A stretch of DNA of 64,000 nt, taken from NCBI GenBank assembly GCA_016931055.1, contig JAFGFL010000091.1, forward strand, positions 42,108 to 106,107, given 5' to 3'. This DNA is from Candidatus Omnitrophota bacterium (GTDB lineage: Bacteria > Omnitrophota > Gorgyraeia > Zapsychrales > Zapsychraceae). The position numbers were made by a program, and so were the translations under genes. Each line of letters starts with the position of its first letter. The stretch's first letter is position 1. Of this stretch, positions 18,482 to 28,155 are shown piece after piece. The notes under the pieces are model-generated. The model saw only the letters and a list, made by a program, of their open reading frames with translations. It did no database searches and had not been told where the DNA came from.

Positions 18482-19486
18482 GTGAATGAGGGCAAAAGGA
18501 TGTCGAAAAGAGTTTTGGTGACAGGGGCAACAGGTTTCATCGGGTCGCACATCGCGAGGCGACTGGTTCATGAGGGTGAAGAGGTCCATATTTGGACCCG
18601 TCGGGAGTCGGATAAGTGGCGGTTAACCGATATTTTGGGCAAGGTTCGGGAACACCATGTCAATATAGCGGATAGCCGGGAAGTTAAGGATGCCATTGCC
18701 GCCATTAAACCGAATGTCATTCATCATTGTGCCACCTATGGCGCGTGTCCTGGTCAGCATGATGTTATCCGTAGCGCAGAGGTTAATGTAATGGGGACGA
18801 TTAATCTGGTGGAAGCGTTGATGAACGTGGGAGGATACGATTGCCTTGTGAACATGGGGAGTTCGGCGGAATACGGGATAAAGAACAAACGGATAAAGGA
18901 AGATGATCCAAGGGAGGTCAATACGGCTTACGGGGCCACCAAAGCCGGGGCGGCCATGTTTTGTGAAGCGATGGCGAGGTCAAAAGGGCAACCCATCCTG
19001 AATTTAAAATTAACATCACCGTATGGACCCTATGACGAAGCAAGCCGGCTTATTCCTTCCGTTATCACTAAATGCCTTGCGGGTGAGGATCCAAAATTAT
19101 CAAAGGGAAATGAAAGCAGGAGTTTTTATTTCATTGACGATCTGATGGGCCTGATTGTGAAAATACCTCACACGTCGTGGGTGCCTGGAGAGACGATCCT
19201 TGCCGGGCCAGATCAGCAGTATTCGGTCCGCGACATCGCGACCCGCATAATTCGCCTAACAAAGGCCGATGTTACTCCGCTTTTCGGAGCATTGCCTTCC
19301 CGTGATTTTGACACGGATTATTGGGCCATCGACACGGGTAAAGCCAAAAGGATATTCGGCTGGGAAACGACGACGAGCATCGATGAGGGACTGTCACGCA
19401 CCATCAAGTGGTACCGGGATTATGCAAATAAGATGGAACAAGTTACATGGAAAGCACGTGTTGAAGCTGGAAAGGAAAGTAGATAA
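18482..19486 (+). CDS. NAD-dependent epimerase/dehydratase (extended SDR)
   Basis: VLVTGATGFIGSHIARRLV; YGATKAGAAMF (YxxxK). Confidence 0.75.
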   Translation: MNEGKRMSKRVLVTGATGFIGSHIARRLVHEGEEVHIWTRRESDKWRLTDILGKVREHHVNIADSREVKDAIAAIKPNVIHHCATYGACPGQHDVIRSAEVNVMGTINLVEALMNVGGYDCLVNMGSSAEYGIKNKRIKEDDPREVNTAYGATKAGAAMFCEAMARSKGQPILNLKLTSPYGPYDEASRLIPSVITKCLAGEDPKLSKGNESRSFYFIDDLMGLIVKIPHTSWVPGETILAGPDQQYSVRDIATRIIRLTKADVTPLFGALPSRDFDTDYWAIDTGKAKRIFGWETTTSIDEGLSRTIKWYRDYANKMEQVTWKARVEAGKESR

Positions 19487-20604
19487 TGACCGCTGTGTCA
19501 CGAAAAACTGCGATAAGAAAATCAAATAAAAGAAATAACATCGTTCAGTATCCACTGAAATTCCGGGCGGCCGTGTTGGAACGCCATAACGAACCGCTCG
19601 TGATCGATGAAGTCACCTTTAACGGGCCTCTCGAAGCTGGTCAGGTCCTCGTGCGGATCCATTATAGCGGTGTCTGTGGCAAGCAAATCGAAGAGATCAA
19701 GGGGAGCGGAGAACCCGATCCTTTTTTACCCCATATGCTGGGGCACGAAGGCAGCGGGATCGTTATGGATGTTGGGCCAGGCGTGCGGAAAGTCAAACCG
19801 GGAGATCATGTTGTTCTTCATTGGATGAAAGGAAGCGGTATTGATGCGGTTACGCCTCTATATAATCGCAAGGGTGTGAGGGTCAACGCGGGATGGATCA
19901 CAACATTTAATGAGTACGGGGTGATATCCGAAAACCGGATGACGGTTATCCCTGAAGGATCAGATTTGAGTGTCGCTTGTCTTCTCGGGTGTGCTGTGAC
20001 AACGGGTGTTGGCGCTGTTTTTCACCAAGCAAAGGTTTGCCCAGGCGAAGCAGCTGCCGTCTTTGGATGCGGAGGCGTAGGGTTAAATTGTATCCAAGGG
20101 GCGGCCATGGTCCATGCGCATCCGATTATTGCGGTAGATACAAATCCCAAAAATCTGAAGTTAGCCAAGACTTTGGGGGCGACTCATTTTATTAATGCTC
20201 ATGATGAAGATGTCCTTGCCAGAGTCAAGGAAATAACGAACGGGATGAACGCGCGATATGTTTTTATTGTCACGGCAGCGCCTTCGGCCATTGAGCAGGG
20301 GATCGAGGCCAGTTCCATCCCGGGAAGCGTCTATTTTGTTTCCGTTCCTCCTTTTGGGACAAAAATTTCAGTTGACGCATTGTCTATTCATCGGCGGCGG
20401 CAATTATTTGGTTCATTCGGAGGGGGATCGTTTCCGGATCGGGATGTCCCTGCCTGCCTGGCGCTTTATGAACGCGGTCTTTTAAAACTGAATGAACTGG
20501 TGTCGATCGGTGTATCCTTGGATGATATCAACAAAGGGATCGAAGAGCTTTTGATGGAAAAAGGAGGACGATGCATTGTGAGGATGGCCAATGACAAACG
20601 TTAA
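19486..20604 (+). CDS. Zn-dependent medium-chain alcohol dehydrogenase family protein
   Basis: HYSGVCGKQIEE, GHEGSGIV (zinc-ligand motif), GCGGVGLN Rossmann. Confidence 0.75.
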   Translation: MTAVSRKTAIRKSNKRNNIVQYPLKFRAAVLERHNEPLVIDEVTFNGPLEAGQVLVRIHYSGVCGKQIEEIKGSGEPDPFLPHMLGHEGSGIVMDVGPGVRKVKPGDHVVLHWMKGSGIDAVTPLYNRKGVRVNAGWITTFNEYGVISENRMTVIPEGSDLSVACLLGCAVTTGVGAVFHQAKVCPGEAAAVFGCGGVGLNCIQGAAMVHAHPIIAVDTNPKNLKLAKTLGATHFINAHDEDVLARVKEITNGMNARYVFIVTAAPSAIEQGIEASSIPGSVYFVSVPPFGTKISVDALSIHRRRQLFGSFGGGSFPDRDVPACLALYERGLLKLNELVSIGVSLDDINKGIEELLMEKGGRCIVRMANDKR

Positions 20605-21316
20605 GTTCTCCAGCTTTGATTATTCAACAGTTCAAGGCGTACCGGAAATTGCCTTGCGTGTTGAGCTGTTGTCTCAGCGGCTCCAATTGCTTTCGAAAAA
20701 TGAACAACCGATGATATTGGAAATCGGCGTCGGAACGGGCGATGTGACGTTAATGTTGGCCAAACAATTTAAACATGTGACATGTGTCGACATGGAGGAG
20801 GATAATTGCCAGGCTGTTTCAGATAGGCTTAAACCGTCGGGGTTGAATCATGTCGAGTTTGTCTGTTCAACGATCGAAGCGGCATCATTACCGAAGAAGT
20901 CGTATCAACACATTATTATGCAGAATATTCTTGAACATCTGAAAGACCCTGTTGAAGTCTTAAAAGTTGTCAAAAACTATTTGAAACCGGATGGACGTAT
21001 CCACCTCTCTGTCCCCTTGGCGAATTCTTTGCATCGGTGGCTGGGAGTTGAATTGGGGATGATTCCTTCAACAGAAACGTTGGCGGAATCGGATATCCAA
21101 TACGGGCATTACCGTGTTTATGTTCCTCAATTGCTTCGGGACCATATACAGTCTGCCGGATACACGGTCGCTTTTGAGAAATTATTTTATTTAAAGCCGT
21201 TAACAACGGCTGTTTTAACGCCGTTATCTAGAGAAATTCATGAAGCGCTGTTCCGGTTGGGTGAGCGATTCCACGAATTTGCTTCATATATCTATCTGGA
21301 GGCGATGGGCCGGTGA
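20591..21316 (+). CDS. class I SAM-dependent methyltransferase
   Basis: ILEIGVGTGDVT (motif I), CVDMEE, IIMQNILEHL, LKPDGRI. Confidence 0.75.
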   Translation: MTNVKFSSFDYSTVQGVPEIALRVELLSQRLQLLSKNEQPMILEIGVGTGDVTLMLAKQFKHVTCVDMEEDNCQAVSDRLKPSGLNHVEFVCSTIEAASLPKKSYQHIIMQNILEHLKDPVEVLKVVKNYLKPDGRIHLSVPLANSLHRWLGVELGMIPSTETLAESDIQYGHYRVYVPQLLRDHIQSAGYTVAFEKLFYLKPLTTAVLTPLSREIHEALFRLGERFHEFASYIYLEAMGR

Positions 21317-22623
21317 ACACTTTGATCAAGACATTCAGGAAGAAGAGCAAGTCATTCATGATTGAGTTTGGCTCGGGCGATTTGAGAAGGAAATCTGAAC
21401 TTTTGTGGAAAACGTCCAAGTTTTTTTTGTGGCACCTCTTTTTGATCCCGTTATCGATTATAATCATGCCTGGCATCATTGTTTTTACTTTGTTGTTTGA
21501 TTCTTTGATCAGGGTTCGGATCGGGAAGCTGGAGGATGATCGCATTGGTCATTTGGCCCATAATACGGATATCTACCTTCGTCGAATGAAGATGGGAAAA
21601 AAGGTCTGGCGGGAATGGCACTTGATGGTGTGCGATAAAACGGCTAATCGGCAATTGCTTTCCATGATCAAAAGGAGGCTATGTGTTTTGGAACACCCTA
21701 TTTTTCTGAAATTCTACAAAGCGGCTCGCGGATGGTCTTACCCTTCAAGGATATGGGCTGATATGCCATGTGATTATGGCGCGTTTGAAGAATATCGGAT
21801 AGTCAAGCCGCCACTAAGTTTCACGGAAGAGGAGAATGCCAGGGGGCAGAATCAGTTATTACGCATGGGAATTCCTGTTGAGAAATCGTTTGTATGCATG
21901 AATGCTCGGGACAATAGGTATTTAAAGGAACAATGGGTTGGCGGGAAGAAAAATGATTGGCAGGATCAGGATTTTCGCAATTCCAATATTGACACATTTT
22001 TGCCCGGGGCAGAATATCTGGCGTCTCAAGGGATCTATGTGTTGCGGATGGGTCACACGGTCGCGGATCCGCTTATGACAACCAATGAGCGGATTATAGA
22101 TTACGCGACACGCTGGCGTTCTGATTTCATGGATGTCTTTCTTACCGGACACGGCAAATTCTTTTTGGGAGATACTGCGGGGCTCCATTGTGTTGCTTTG
22201 GCGTTTGGTGTTCCCGTTGCGGCGGCGAATTGGATCCCGATTCGATACACGCCTCCGGGAAAACAGGATTTGTTTATACCGAAAAAGCTGTGGGATATCT
22301 CAAGAAAAAGGTTTCTTACCTTTAAAGAAATCATAGAGGGGGTAATTGACCGATGGGAACACGCGGAGCAATATATCCGTTCAGGCATTGAGCCGGTCAG
22401 TAATACCCCTGAAGAGATATTGGAATTAGTCAAAGAGATGAATGAGAGAATTGATGGGGTTTGGACGCCTGATGAGGAGGATGAAGAATTGCAGATGAGA
22501 TATCGGGCGTTATTTCCACCCAGTCATTATTCGTACGGATTTCACGCGCGCGTTGGAGCGGATTTCTTAAGGAAGAATCAGGATTTGCTGGCAGGGAAAC
22601 GACGGGATGTTGTTTCTGTTTGA
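21313..22623 (+). CDS. membrane-anchored hypothetical protein; candidate novel glycosyltransferase
   Basis: Hydrophobic helix FFLWHLFLIPLSIIIMPGIIVFTLL near the N-terminus; 436 aa; C-terminal GHGKFFLGDTAGLHCVALAFGVPVAAANW is loosely GT-B-like; family not recognised. Confidence 0.3.
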   Translation: MNTLIKTFRKKSKSFMIEFGSGDLRRKSELLWKTSKFFLWHLFLIPLSIIIMPGIIVFTLLFDSLIRVRIGKLEDDRIGHLAHNTDIYLRRMKMGKKVWREWHLMVCDKTANRQLLSMIKRRLCVLEHPIFLKFYKAARGWSYPSRIWADMPCDYGAFEEYRIVKPPLSFTEEENARGQNQLLRMGIPVEKSFVCMNARDNRYLKEQWVGGKKNDWQDQDFRNSNIDTFLPGAEYLASQGIYVLRMGHTVADPLMTTNERIIDYATRWRSDFMDVFLTGHGKFFLGDTAGLHCVALAFGVPVAAANWIPIRYTPPGKQDLFIPKKLWDISRKRFLTFKEIIEGVIDRWEHAEQYIRSGIEPVSNTPEEILELVKEMNERIDGVWTPDEEDEELQMRYRALFPPSHYSYGFHARVGADFLRKNQDLLAGKRRDVVSV

Positions 22624-24410
22624 CTCAAAGGAAAACAATGAACGCTTTCAAATTTATTCATGATATTTTTGCCAAGTTCCCGGCTTTAATCATCCAGAGT
22701 ATTGTTCTTCAGGTCATGGTGAGCATTTTAGGCGCGTGCTCTCTGGTTGTTGTAAGCCCTTTGGTTGATGTGTTAACAAACGCCGGTGCCGGTCAGGTCA
22801 GCTCATTAACGCGGAAAGTTTTTGATGTTTTTGCGTTTATCGGAGTTTTTCCGTCATTAAAGGGTTGGTTGCTGATATTCTTTGGTTTTGTTTTCTTGAC
22901 CAGCGTTCTTCAAATAATCGCGTGGCGGTCCATTATGCAGGTTAAGTATACAATGCTTCAAGACTTGATGCGGAACACGTTTGAAGATTTCTTCAAGGCG
23001 CAATGGTATTTCTTCAGCAGCGGGAAACAAGGGACATTAATCAATACCTTCTCCCGGGAACTGACGGTCATTGGAGACGCTTTCAGTTCAGTCGCGCGTT
23101 CTTTTGTCGGGATCATTCAAATGATTATTTTCTTGTTTGTGCCGGTATATATTTCATGGCAGGTCACGTTAATCAGTTTTGGGGTGGCGACTGTCTTCGT
23201 CATTCCGTTCTTCCTTCTGGGAAAACACAATTATAGGCTGGGATTGATGAACACATCAACAGCCAACGAATTTATGGGGATCATCCACGAAAATCTCAGC
23301 TTGACCAAAATCATGCTTGGGTTTGGAAACCAATTCAAAGGGGTGGAGAGTTTAGACCGGGCATTTGGAAAACACAAGAAAGCGGCCGTTGATTCTCTGG
23401 TTATTTCGGAGGCGTGCATATTGTTGTACCGGCCATTTGCCGTTTTTGTCATTATGGCGGCGCTTTTTTCGGCTCAAAAATTCAATGTGCCTCTTTCGGA
23501 GATAATGGTGTTGATCCTTGCGCTGTTTCAAGCGGCCTTGGCCGTCAACAGGCTTGTTCAGGAAAAGAATAAGCTGGAGAACTTCTTGCCCAGTTATGAG
23601 CAGATCGAATCTCTGCGGGCGCGAGCCAGAACGATGAAGCAGGCTTCTGGGAAGATTGAATTCGCCGGTTTCAAGAAGGAATTAAGGGTCGAGAAGGTAT
23701 CATTTGCTTATCCCCAGCATCCGGACGTCTTGCGCGATATTAATATTTCCATTCCGAAGGGGCAAATGATCGCTTTTGTCGGAAAATCAGGGGCGGGTAA
23801 ATCAACATTGATTGATATTATCATGGGATTTTATGAACCGATAAAGGGAAGTGTTTCTTTCGACGGCATGCCTTTACAGGAATTTAATGTCGATTCTTAC
23901 CGAAGGCACGTCGGATATGTTCCCCAAGAGAGCGTTCTGTTCAATGCCAGTATCCGGGACAACTTGTTATGGGCCAAACCGGACGCAACGGACGAAGAGT
24001 TGAGGAATGCGTGTCGGTTGGCTTTTGCGGATGAGTTCATTGATAACCTTGCCGAGAAATACAACACGCTGGTGGGAGACCGAGGGGTCCGCTTGTCGGG
24101 TGGCCAAGTGCAGCGCATTGCTTTGGCTAGGGCGTTATTACGCCGTCCGGACCTTCTCATTCTTGATGAGGCTACAAGCGCGCTGGATACTCATTCCGAA
24201 CGGGTGATCCAGAAAGCCCTGGAAAACATCTTGCATTCGACAACGGTTATTGTTGTTGCTCATCGGCTTTCAACAATTAAGAAAGCGGATTGTATCTATG
24301 TGTTGGACAGCGGCTGCATTATCGAACAAGGGACCTATTCAGTCCTTGTCGAAGACAATAACGCTTATTTCAATTCGATGGTCAAGCTCCAAGAACTCGG
24401 GGTTTCTTGA
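22620..24410 (+). CDS. ABC exporter, fused transmembrane and ATPase domains (MsbA/PglK-type)
   Basis: N-terminal half hydrophobic with about 6 TM segments; Walker A GKSGAGKST, signature LSGGQVQRIALARAL, Walker B LILDEATSALD, H-loop VAHRL. Confidence 0.85.
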   Translation: MTQRKTMNAFKFIHDIFAKFPALIIQSIVLQVMVSILGACSLVVVSPLVDVLTNAGAGQVSSLTRKVFDVFAFIGVFPSLKGWLLIFFGFVFLTSVLQIIAWRSIMQVKYTMLQDLMRNTFEDFFKAQWYFFSSGKQGTLINTFSRELTVIGDAFSSVARSFVGIIQMIIFLFVPVYISWQVTLISFGVATVFVIPFFLLGKHNYRLGLMNTSTANEFMGIIHENLSLTKIMLGFGNQFKGVESLDRAFGKHKKAAVDSLVISEACILLYRPFAVFVIMAALFSAQKFNVPLSEIMVLILALFQAALAVNRLVQEKNKLENFLPSYEQIESLRARARTMKQASGKIEFAGFKKELRVEKVSFAYPQHPDVLRDINISIPKGQMIAFVGKSGAGKSTLIDIIMGFYEPIKGSVSFDGMPLQEFNVDSYRRHVGYVPQESVLFNASIRDNLLWAKPDATDEELRNACRLAFADEFIDNLAEKYNTLVGDRGVRLSGGQVQRIALARALLRRPDLLILDEATSALDTHSERVIQKALENILHSTTVIVVAHRLSTIKKADCIYVLDSGCIIEQGTYSVLVEDNNAYFNSMVKLQELGVS

Positions 24411-25873
24411 TGAAGAAGATGCGAATTATTCCCAGACTAGATGTCAAAGGCCCCAATGTGGTTAAGGGAATCCAGTTGGAGGGTTTAAGGGTGGTCGGTA
24501 AACCTTCCGATCTTGCTCGGAAATATTATAACGAAGGGGCCGATGAGTTGATCTACATTGATATTGTGGCGAGTCTCTATGGACGAAACAATCTCGCGCA
24601 TATCATTGAGGAAACGATCAAAAAGGATGTTTTTATCCCCATTACGGTTGGAGGCGGTATTCGTAGCGTTGAGGATATTGACAAAATATTGCGGTCCGGT
24701 GCTGACAAAGTCGCGATTAACACCGCGGCAGTCAGGAATCCTGAACTCTTAAAGGAGGCCGTGCGCGTGTTTGGTTCTTCGACCATTGTTCTTTCGGTTG
24801 AGGCGAAGAAGATTTCCGATGGAAAGTGGGAGGCTTATGTTGATAACGGAAGAGAGCGAACGGGATTAGACGTTATTGATTGGATAAAGAAAGCGGTAGG
24901 ATTGGGTGTCGGTGAAATTCTCGTTACGTCGGTTGACCGGGATGGTACGCGCTTAGGATTTGATGGCCAATTGATTGATGCGGTTACGTCTGTGGTTTCT
25001 GTCCCTGTCATTGCGTCCGGAGGGGCGGGGGAAATAGGTCATGTGGCTCAGTGTATGGAAAACAAGAAATTGGATGGGATAGCGATTGCCAGTATGTTTC
25101 ATTATGGCGAGTGTACTGTTGGCGAATTGAAGGAAAAACTTTCCCAAGAGCATAGTGATCGAATCAAACGACCTAGCCACAGGGATAGGTTTTCGGAAGA
25201 TAAAGTCGATGCGAATGTATCTATTGTTGATTATCGATTGGGGAATCTATGTAGCGTGACTAATGCGTTTCGGCAGATTGGGGCGAATCCACGGTTGATT
25301 GATACTCCGCAACAGGTCTTGGATTCGCGTTATCTAGTTCTTCCCGGTGTAGGATCGTTTGAAGAGGGAATGAAACATTTGAGAAAAAACAATCTTGATC
25401 AGGCTATTGCGGAATATGTGAACGCGGGCAAACCCTTGCTAGGCATATGTCTCGGAATGCAGTTACTGATGACTAAGAGCAGTGAGTTCGGAGAATATTC
25501 AGGACTTGATCTGATTGAAGGGGAAGTGCTCAAATTTGAAGAAAATATCAGCATAGGACAAGAAGGTTACAAGATTCCTCATGTTGGTTGGAATTCCGTA
25601 TTTTGCAACCAAGATTGGAATGGAACAATCTTGGAGCCTCTGGAAGACGATATGGGGGCCTATTTTGTCCATTCGTATTATGTTCAGCCTAGAAACCGCG
25701 AGAATATCCTTGCGGTAACAGATTATTTTGGCCATCAATTCTGCTCTGTTATAAGAAAAGGGAATGTTTATGGATGTCAGTTTCATCCGGAAAAAAGCGG
25801 TCAAGAGGGGCTTGCGATATTAAGGGCATTTGTAAAGATTCGTCAAAAAGAAGGAGTGCTTAATGTGCGGTGA
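24407..25873 (+). CDS. fused imidazole-glycerol-phosphate-synthase-like cyclase (HisF-like) and glutamine amidotransferase (HisH-like); WbuZ-WbuY type
   Basis: N-terminal half IIPRLDVKG..VVKG, ITVGGGIRS, VAINTAAV (HisF barrel). C-terminal half VLPGVGSFEE, ICLGMQLL (class I GATase Cys), GCQFHPEKS (His). Order is HisF then HisH in one 488-aa protein. Confidence 0.8.
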   Translation: MMKKMRIIPRLDVKGPNVVKGIQLEGLRVVGKPSDLARKYYNEGADELIYIDIVASLYGRNNLAHIIEETIKKDVFIPITVGGGIRSVEDIDKILRSGADKVAINTAAVRNPELLKEAVRVFGSSTIVLSVEAKKISDGKWEAYVDNGRERTGLDVIDWIKKAVGLGVGEILVTSVDRDGTRLGFDGQLIDAVTSVVSVPVIASGGAGEIGHVAQCMENKKLDGIAIASMFHYGECTVGELKEKLSQEHSDRIKRPSHRDRFSEDKVDANVSIVDYRLGNLCSVTNAFRQIGANPRLIDTPQQVLDSRYLVLPGVGSFEEGMKHLRKNNLDQAIAEYVNAGKPLLGICLGMQLLMTKSSEFGEYSGLDLIEGEVLKFEENISIGQEGYKIPHVGWNSVFCNQDWNGTILEPLEDDMGAYFVHSYYVQPRNRENILAVTDYFGHQFCSVIRKGNVYGCQFHPEKSGQEGLAILRAFVKIRQKEGVLNVR

Positions 25874-27092
25874 AGCGCTTGAAACGCAGACTGAAACAAA
25901 GTATGGATTACCCAAAGAGGTTATCTATTGTAAACGATGTGTTATTTCAAATCAGAGGCCGCAATCAACGGTTGAGTTTAAGAACACTTCGGTCGAAAAG
26001 AAAAAGACGATCGCATTTGGAGAAGACGGGATCTGTGATGCCTGCCGATACGCTGAATACAAGGAAACAAAAATTGACTGGACCAAACGGAAAAAAGAGT
26101 TGGAGGCCCTGTGCGATCGTTATCGACGGGATGACGGGTATTGGGATTGCGTGATCCCCGCGAGCGGCGGGAAAGACAGTTCTTTCACGGCGCATACCTT
26201 AAAGTACAGATTTGGGATGCATCCGTTGACGGTCACATGGGCGCCCCATGAGTATACGGAAAGGGGATGGCAGAATTTGCAAGGGATGATCCATTCGGGT
26301 TTGGATAATGTCCTCATCAATGTCAACGGGAAAGTCCATCGTTACCTGACCAAATTAGCGTTCCTGAATTTAGGACATCCGTTTCAGCCGTTTATCATCG
26401 GGCAAAAGTTTGTGGGGCCCAAAACGGCGTTGCTTCGGGATATTCCCCTTATTTTCTATGGAGAAAACCAAGCTGAATACGGTAATGCGATTGGTGAAAA
26501 TGAAAGACCGACGATGGATCCAAAGTTCTTTTCAGCTGAAAAAAGCGATTACGTTGATGTCCATCTGGGTGGCGTTTCCGGCGCGGATCTTCTTAAAGAC
26601 CACGGGCTGACAAAAAATGACCTCGAGATGTATATGCCTCCTTTAAGGAAGGACATCGACGCCAAAGGAGTCCAGGTCCATTATCTGGGGTATTATTTGA
26701 AATGGGACCCGCAAGAGTGTTTTTATTATGCGGCCAAACACACGGGATTTCAGCCTAATTCCGAAAGGACGGAAGGAAGCTATTCAAAATACAGCAGTAT
26801 TGACGATAAAATTGATGTGCTGCATTATTTTACAACGATGGCCAAATTCGGGATTGGGCGGGCGACGTATGATGCGGTTCAGGAGATCCGAAATGGAAAG
26901 ATCACCCGGGAAGAAGGGGTTGCTCTGGTTCGGAAATACGACATGGAATTTCCACAAAAATATTTCCGGGATTGCCTGAAATATCTTGATATCACTGAAG
27001 AGGTATTTTGGGAAACAATTGAAAAGTTCCGCTCTTTACACTTATGGGAAAAGAAAGACGGCCAGTGGGTGTTGAAATATCAGGTTTTTTAA
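25863..27092 (+). CDS. N-acetyl-sugar amidotransferase (WbuX / PseA / LPS-biosynthesis PP-loop family)
   Basis: N-terminal Cys cluster CKRCVISNQRP..CDAC; PP-loop VIPASGGKDSS; AAGGAG RBS 8 nt upstream. Confidence 0.75.
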   Translation: MCGEALETQTETKYGLPKEVIYCKRCVISNQRPQSTVEFKNTSVEKKKTIAFGEDGICDACRYAEYKETKIDWTKRKKELEALCDRYRRDDGYWDCVIPASGGKDSSFTAHTLKYRFGMHPLTVTWAPHEYTERGWQNLQGMIHSGLDNVLINVNGKVHRYLTKLAFLNLGHPFQPFIIGQKFVGPKTALLRDIPLIFYGENQAEYGNAIGENERPTMDPKFFSAEKSDYVDVHLGGVSGADLLKDHGLTKNDLEMYMPPLRKDIDAKGVQVHYLGYYLKWDPQECFYYAAKHTGFQPNSERTEGSYSKYSSIDDKIDVLHYFTTMAKFGIGRATYDAVQEIRNGKITREEGVALVRKYDMEFPQKYFRDCLKYLDITEEVFWETIEKFRSLHLWEKKDGQWVLKYQVF

Positions 27093-27108
27093 ACACGTGG
27101 AGAGGTCA

Positions 27109-28155
27109 ATGGACAATGTGATTGATATTGCAGGGCGCTTGATCGGGAAGGATTATCTTCCGTTTGTGATTGCGGAAATTGGTATTAATCATGAGGGAGA
27201 CATGGACAAGGCCATCCGGATGGTGGATGATGCCAAAGCGGCCGGTTGTGAATGTGTCAAGTTCCAATGCCATGTGATTGAGGATGAAATGGTCCCCGCG
27301 GCAAAATCTGTTATTCCCGGGAATACGACTGAGAATATCTGGGACATCATGGCCAGATGCGCATTGACGGAAAAAGAAGATATCCGGCTGAAGAAATATG
27401 TTGAGTCGAAGAATATGATCTATCTTTCGACGCCGTTTTCCCGCGCGGCTTCCATAAGGTTGGAGAAGATGGGTGTCGCGGCCTATAAGATTGGGTCGGG
27501 GGAGTGTAACAATTATCCGCTAATTGAACACATTGCTTCCTATGGGAAACCGGTGATCCTAAGCACGGGAATGAATGACGTGTCTTCTATTAAGCCTGCG
27601 GTCGGGATTCTTAGGAAATCAAGAATTCCTTACGCCTTGATGCATTGCACATCCATATATCCGACGCCTTACAGTAAAGTACGGTTGGGGGCGTTAACTA
27701 TTCTTCAGAAAACTTTTTCGGATGCTGTCGTTGGATTAAGTGACCATTCTATGGGCATTTATACATGTCTGGCTTCGGTGGTTTTAGGAGCAAGCATTCT
27801 GGAAAAACATTTCACTTCGGATATAAGCTGGCCAGGGCCCGATGTGCCTATATCCATGGATCCGACGGATTTGAGAAACTTGGTGGAAGGGGCACGCGCT
27901 ATTCATCAGGCTTTAGGCGGGAACAAAGCGATCCTTCCGGAAGAGAAACCTGCGATTGATTTTGCGTACGCGACGGTTGTTTCCATTCGCAATATTGTCA
28001 AAGGTGAATCTTTGACGCGCGAGAATATCTGGGTCAAACGGCCCGGAACGGGACGGTTATTGGCGAAGGATTTTAGTCGTTTGTTAGGCAAGAAGGTAAA
28101 ACGCAATATTGCTGCCAATCAGCATATTCAACCGGAGGATGTCATTGGACTTTGA
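27109..28155 (+). CDS. nonulosonic acid synthase, NeuB/PseI/LegI family (copy 1)
   Basis: FVIAEIGINHEGD, CVKFQ, C-terminal SAF domain (VVSIRNIVKGESLTRENIWVKRPGTG); the ATG at 27109 lies inside the track ORF that starts at a GTG at 27097. Confidence 0.8.
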   Translation: MDNVIDIAGRLIGKDYLPFVIAEIGINHEGDMDKAIRMVDDAKAAGCECVKFQCHVIEDEMVPAAKSVIPGNTTENIWDIMARCALTEKEDIRLKKYVESKNMIYLSTPFSRAASIRLEKMGVAAYKIGSGECNNYPLIEHIASYGKPVILSTGMNDVSSIKPAVGILRKSRIPYALMHCTSIYPTPYSKVRLGALTILQKTFSDAVVGLSDHSMGIYTCLASVVLGASILEKHFTSDISWPGPDVPISMDPTDLRNLVEGARAIHQALGGNKAILPEEKPAIDFAYATVVSIRNIVKGESLTRENIWVKRPGTGRLLAKDFSRLLGKKVKRNIAANQHIQPEDVIGL

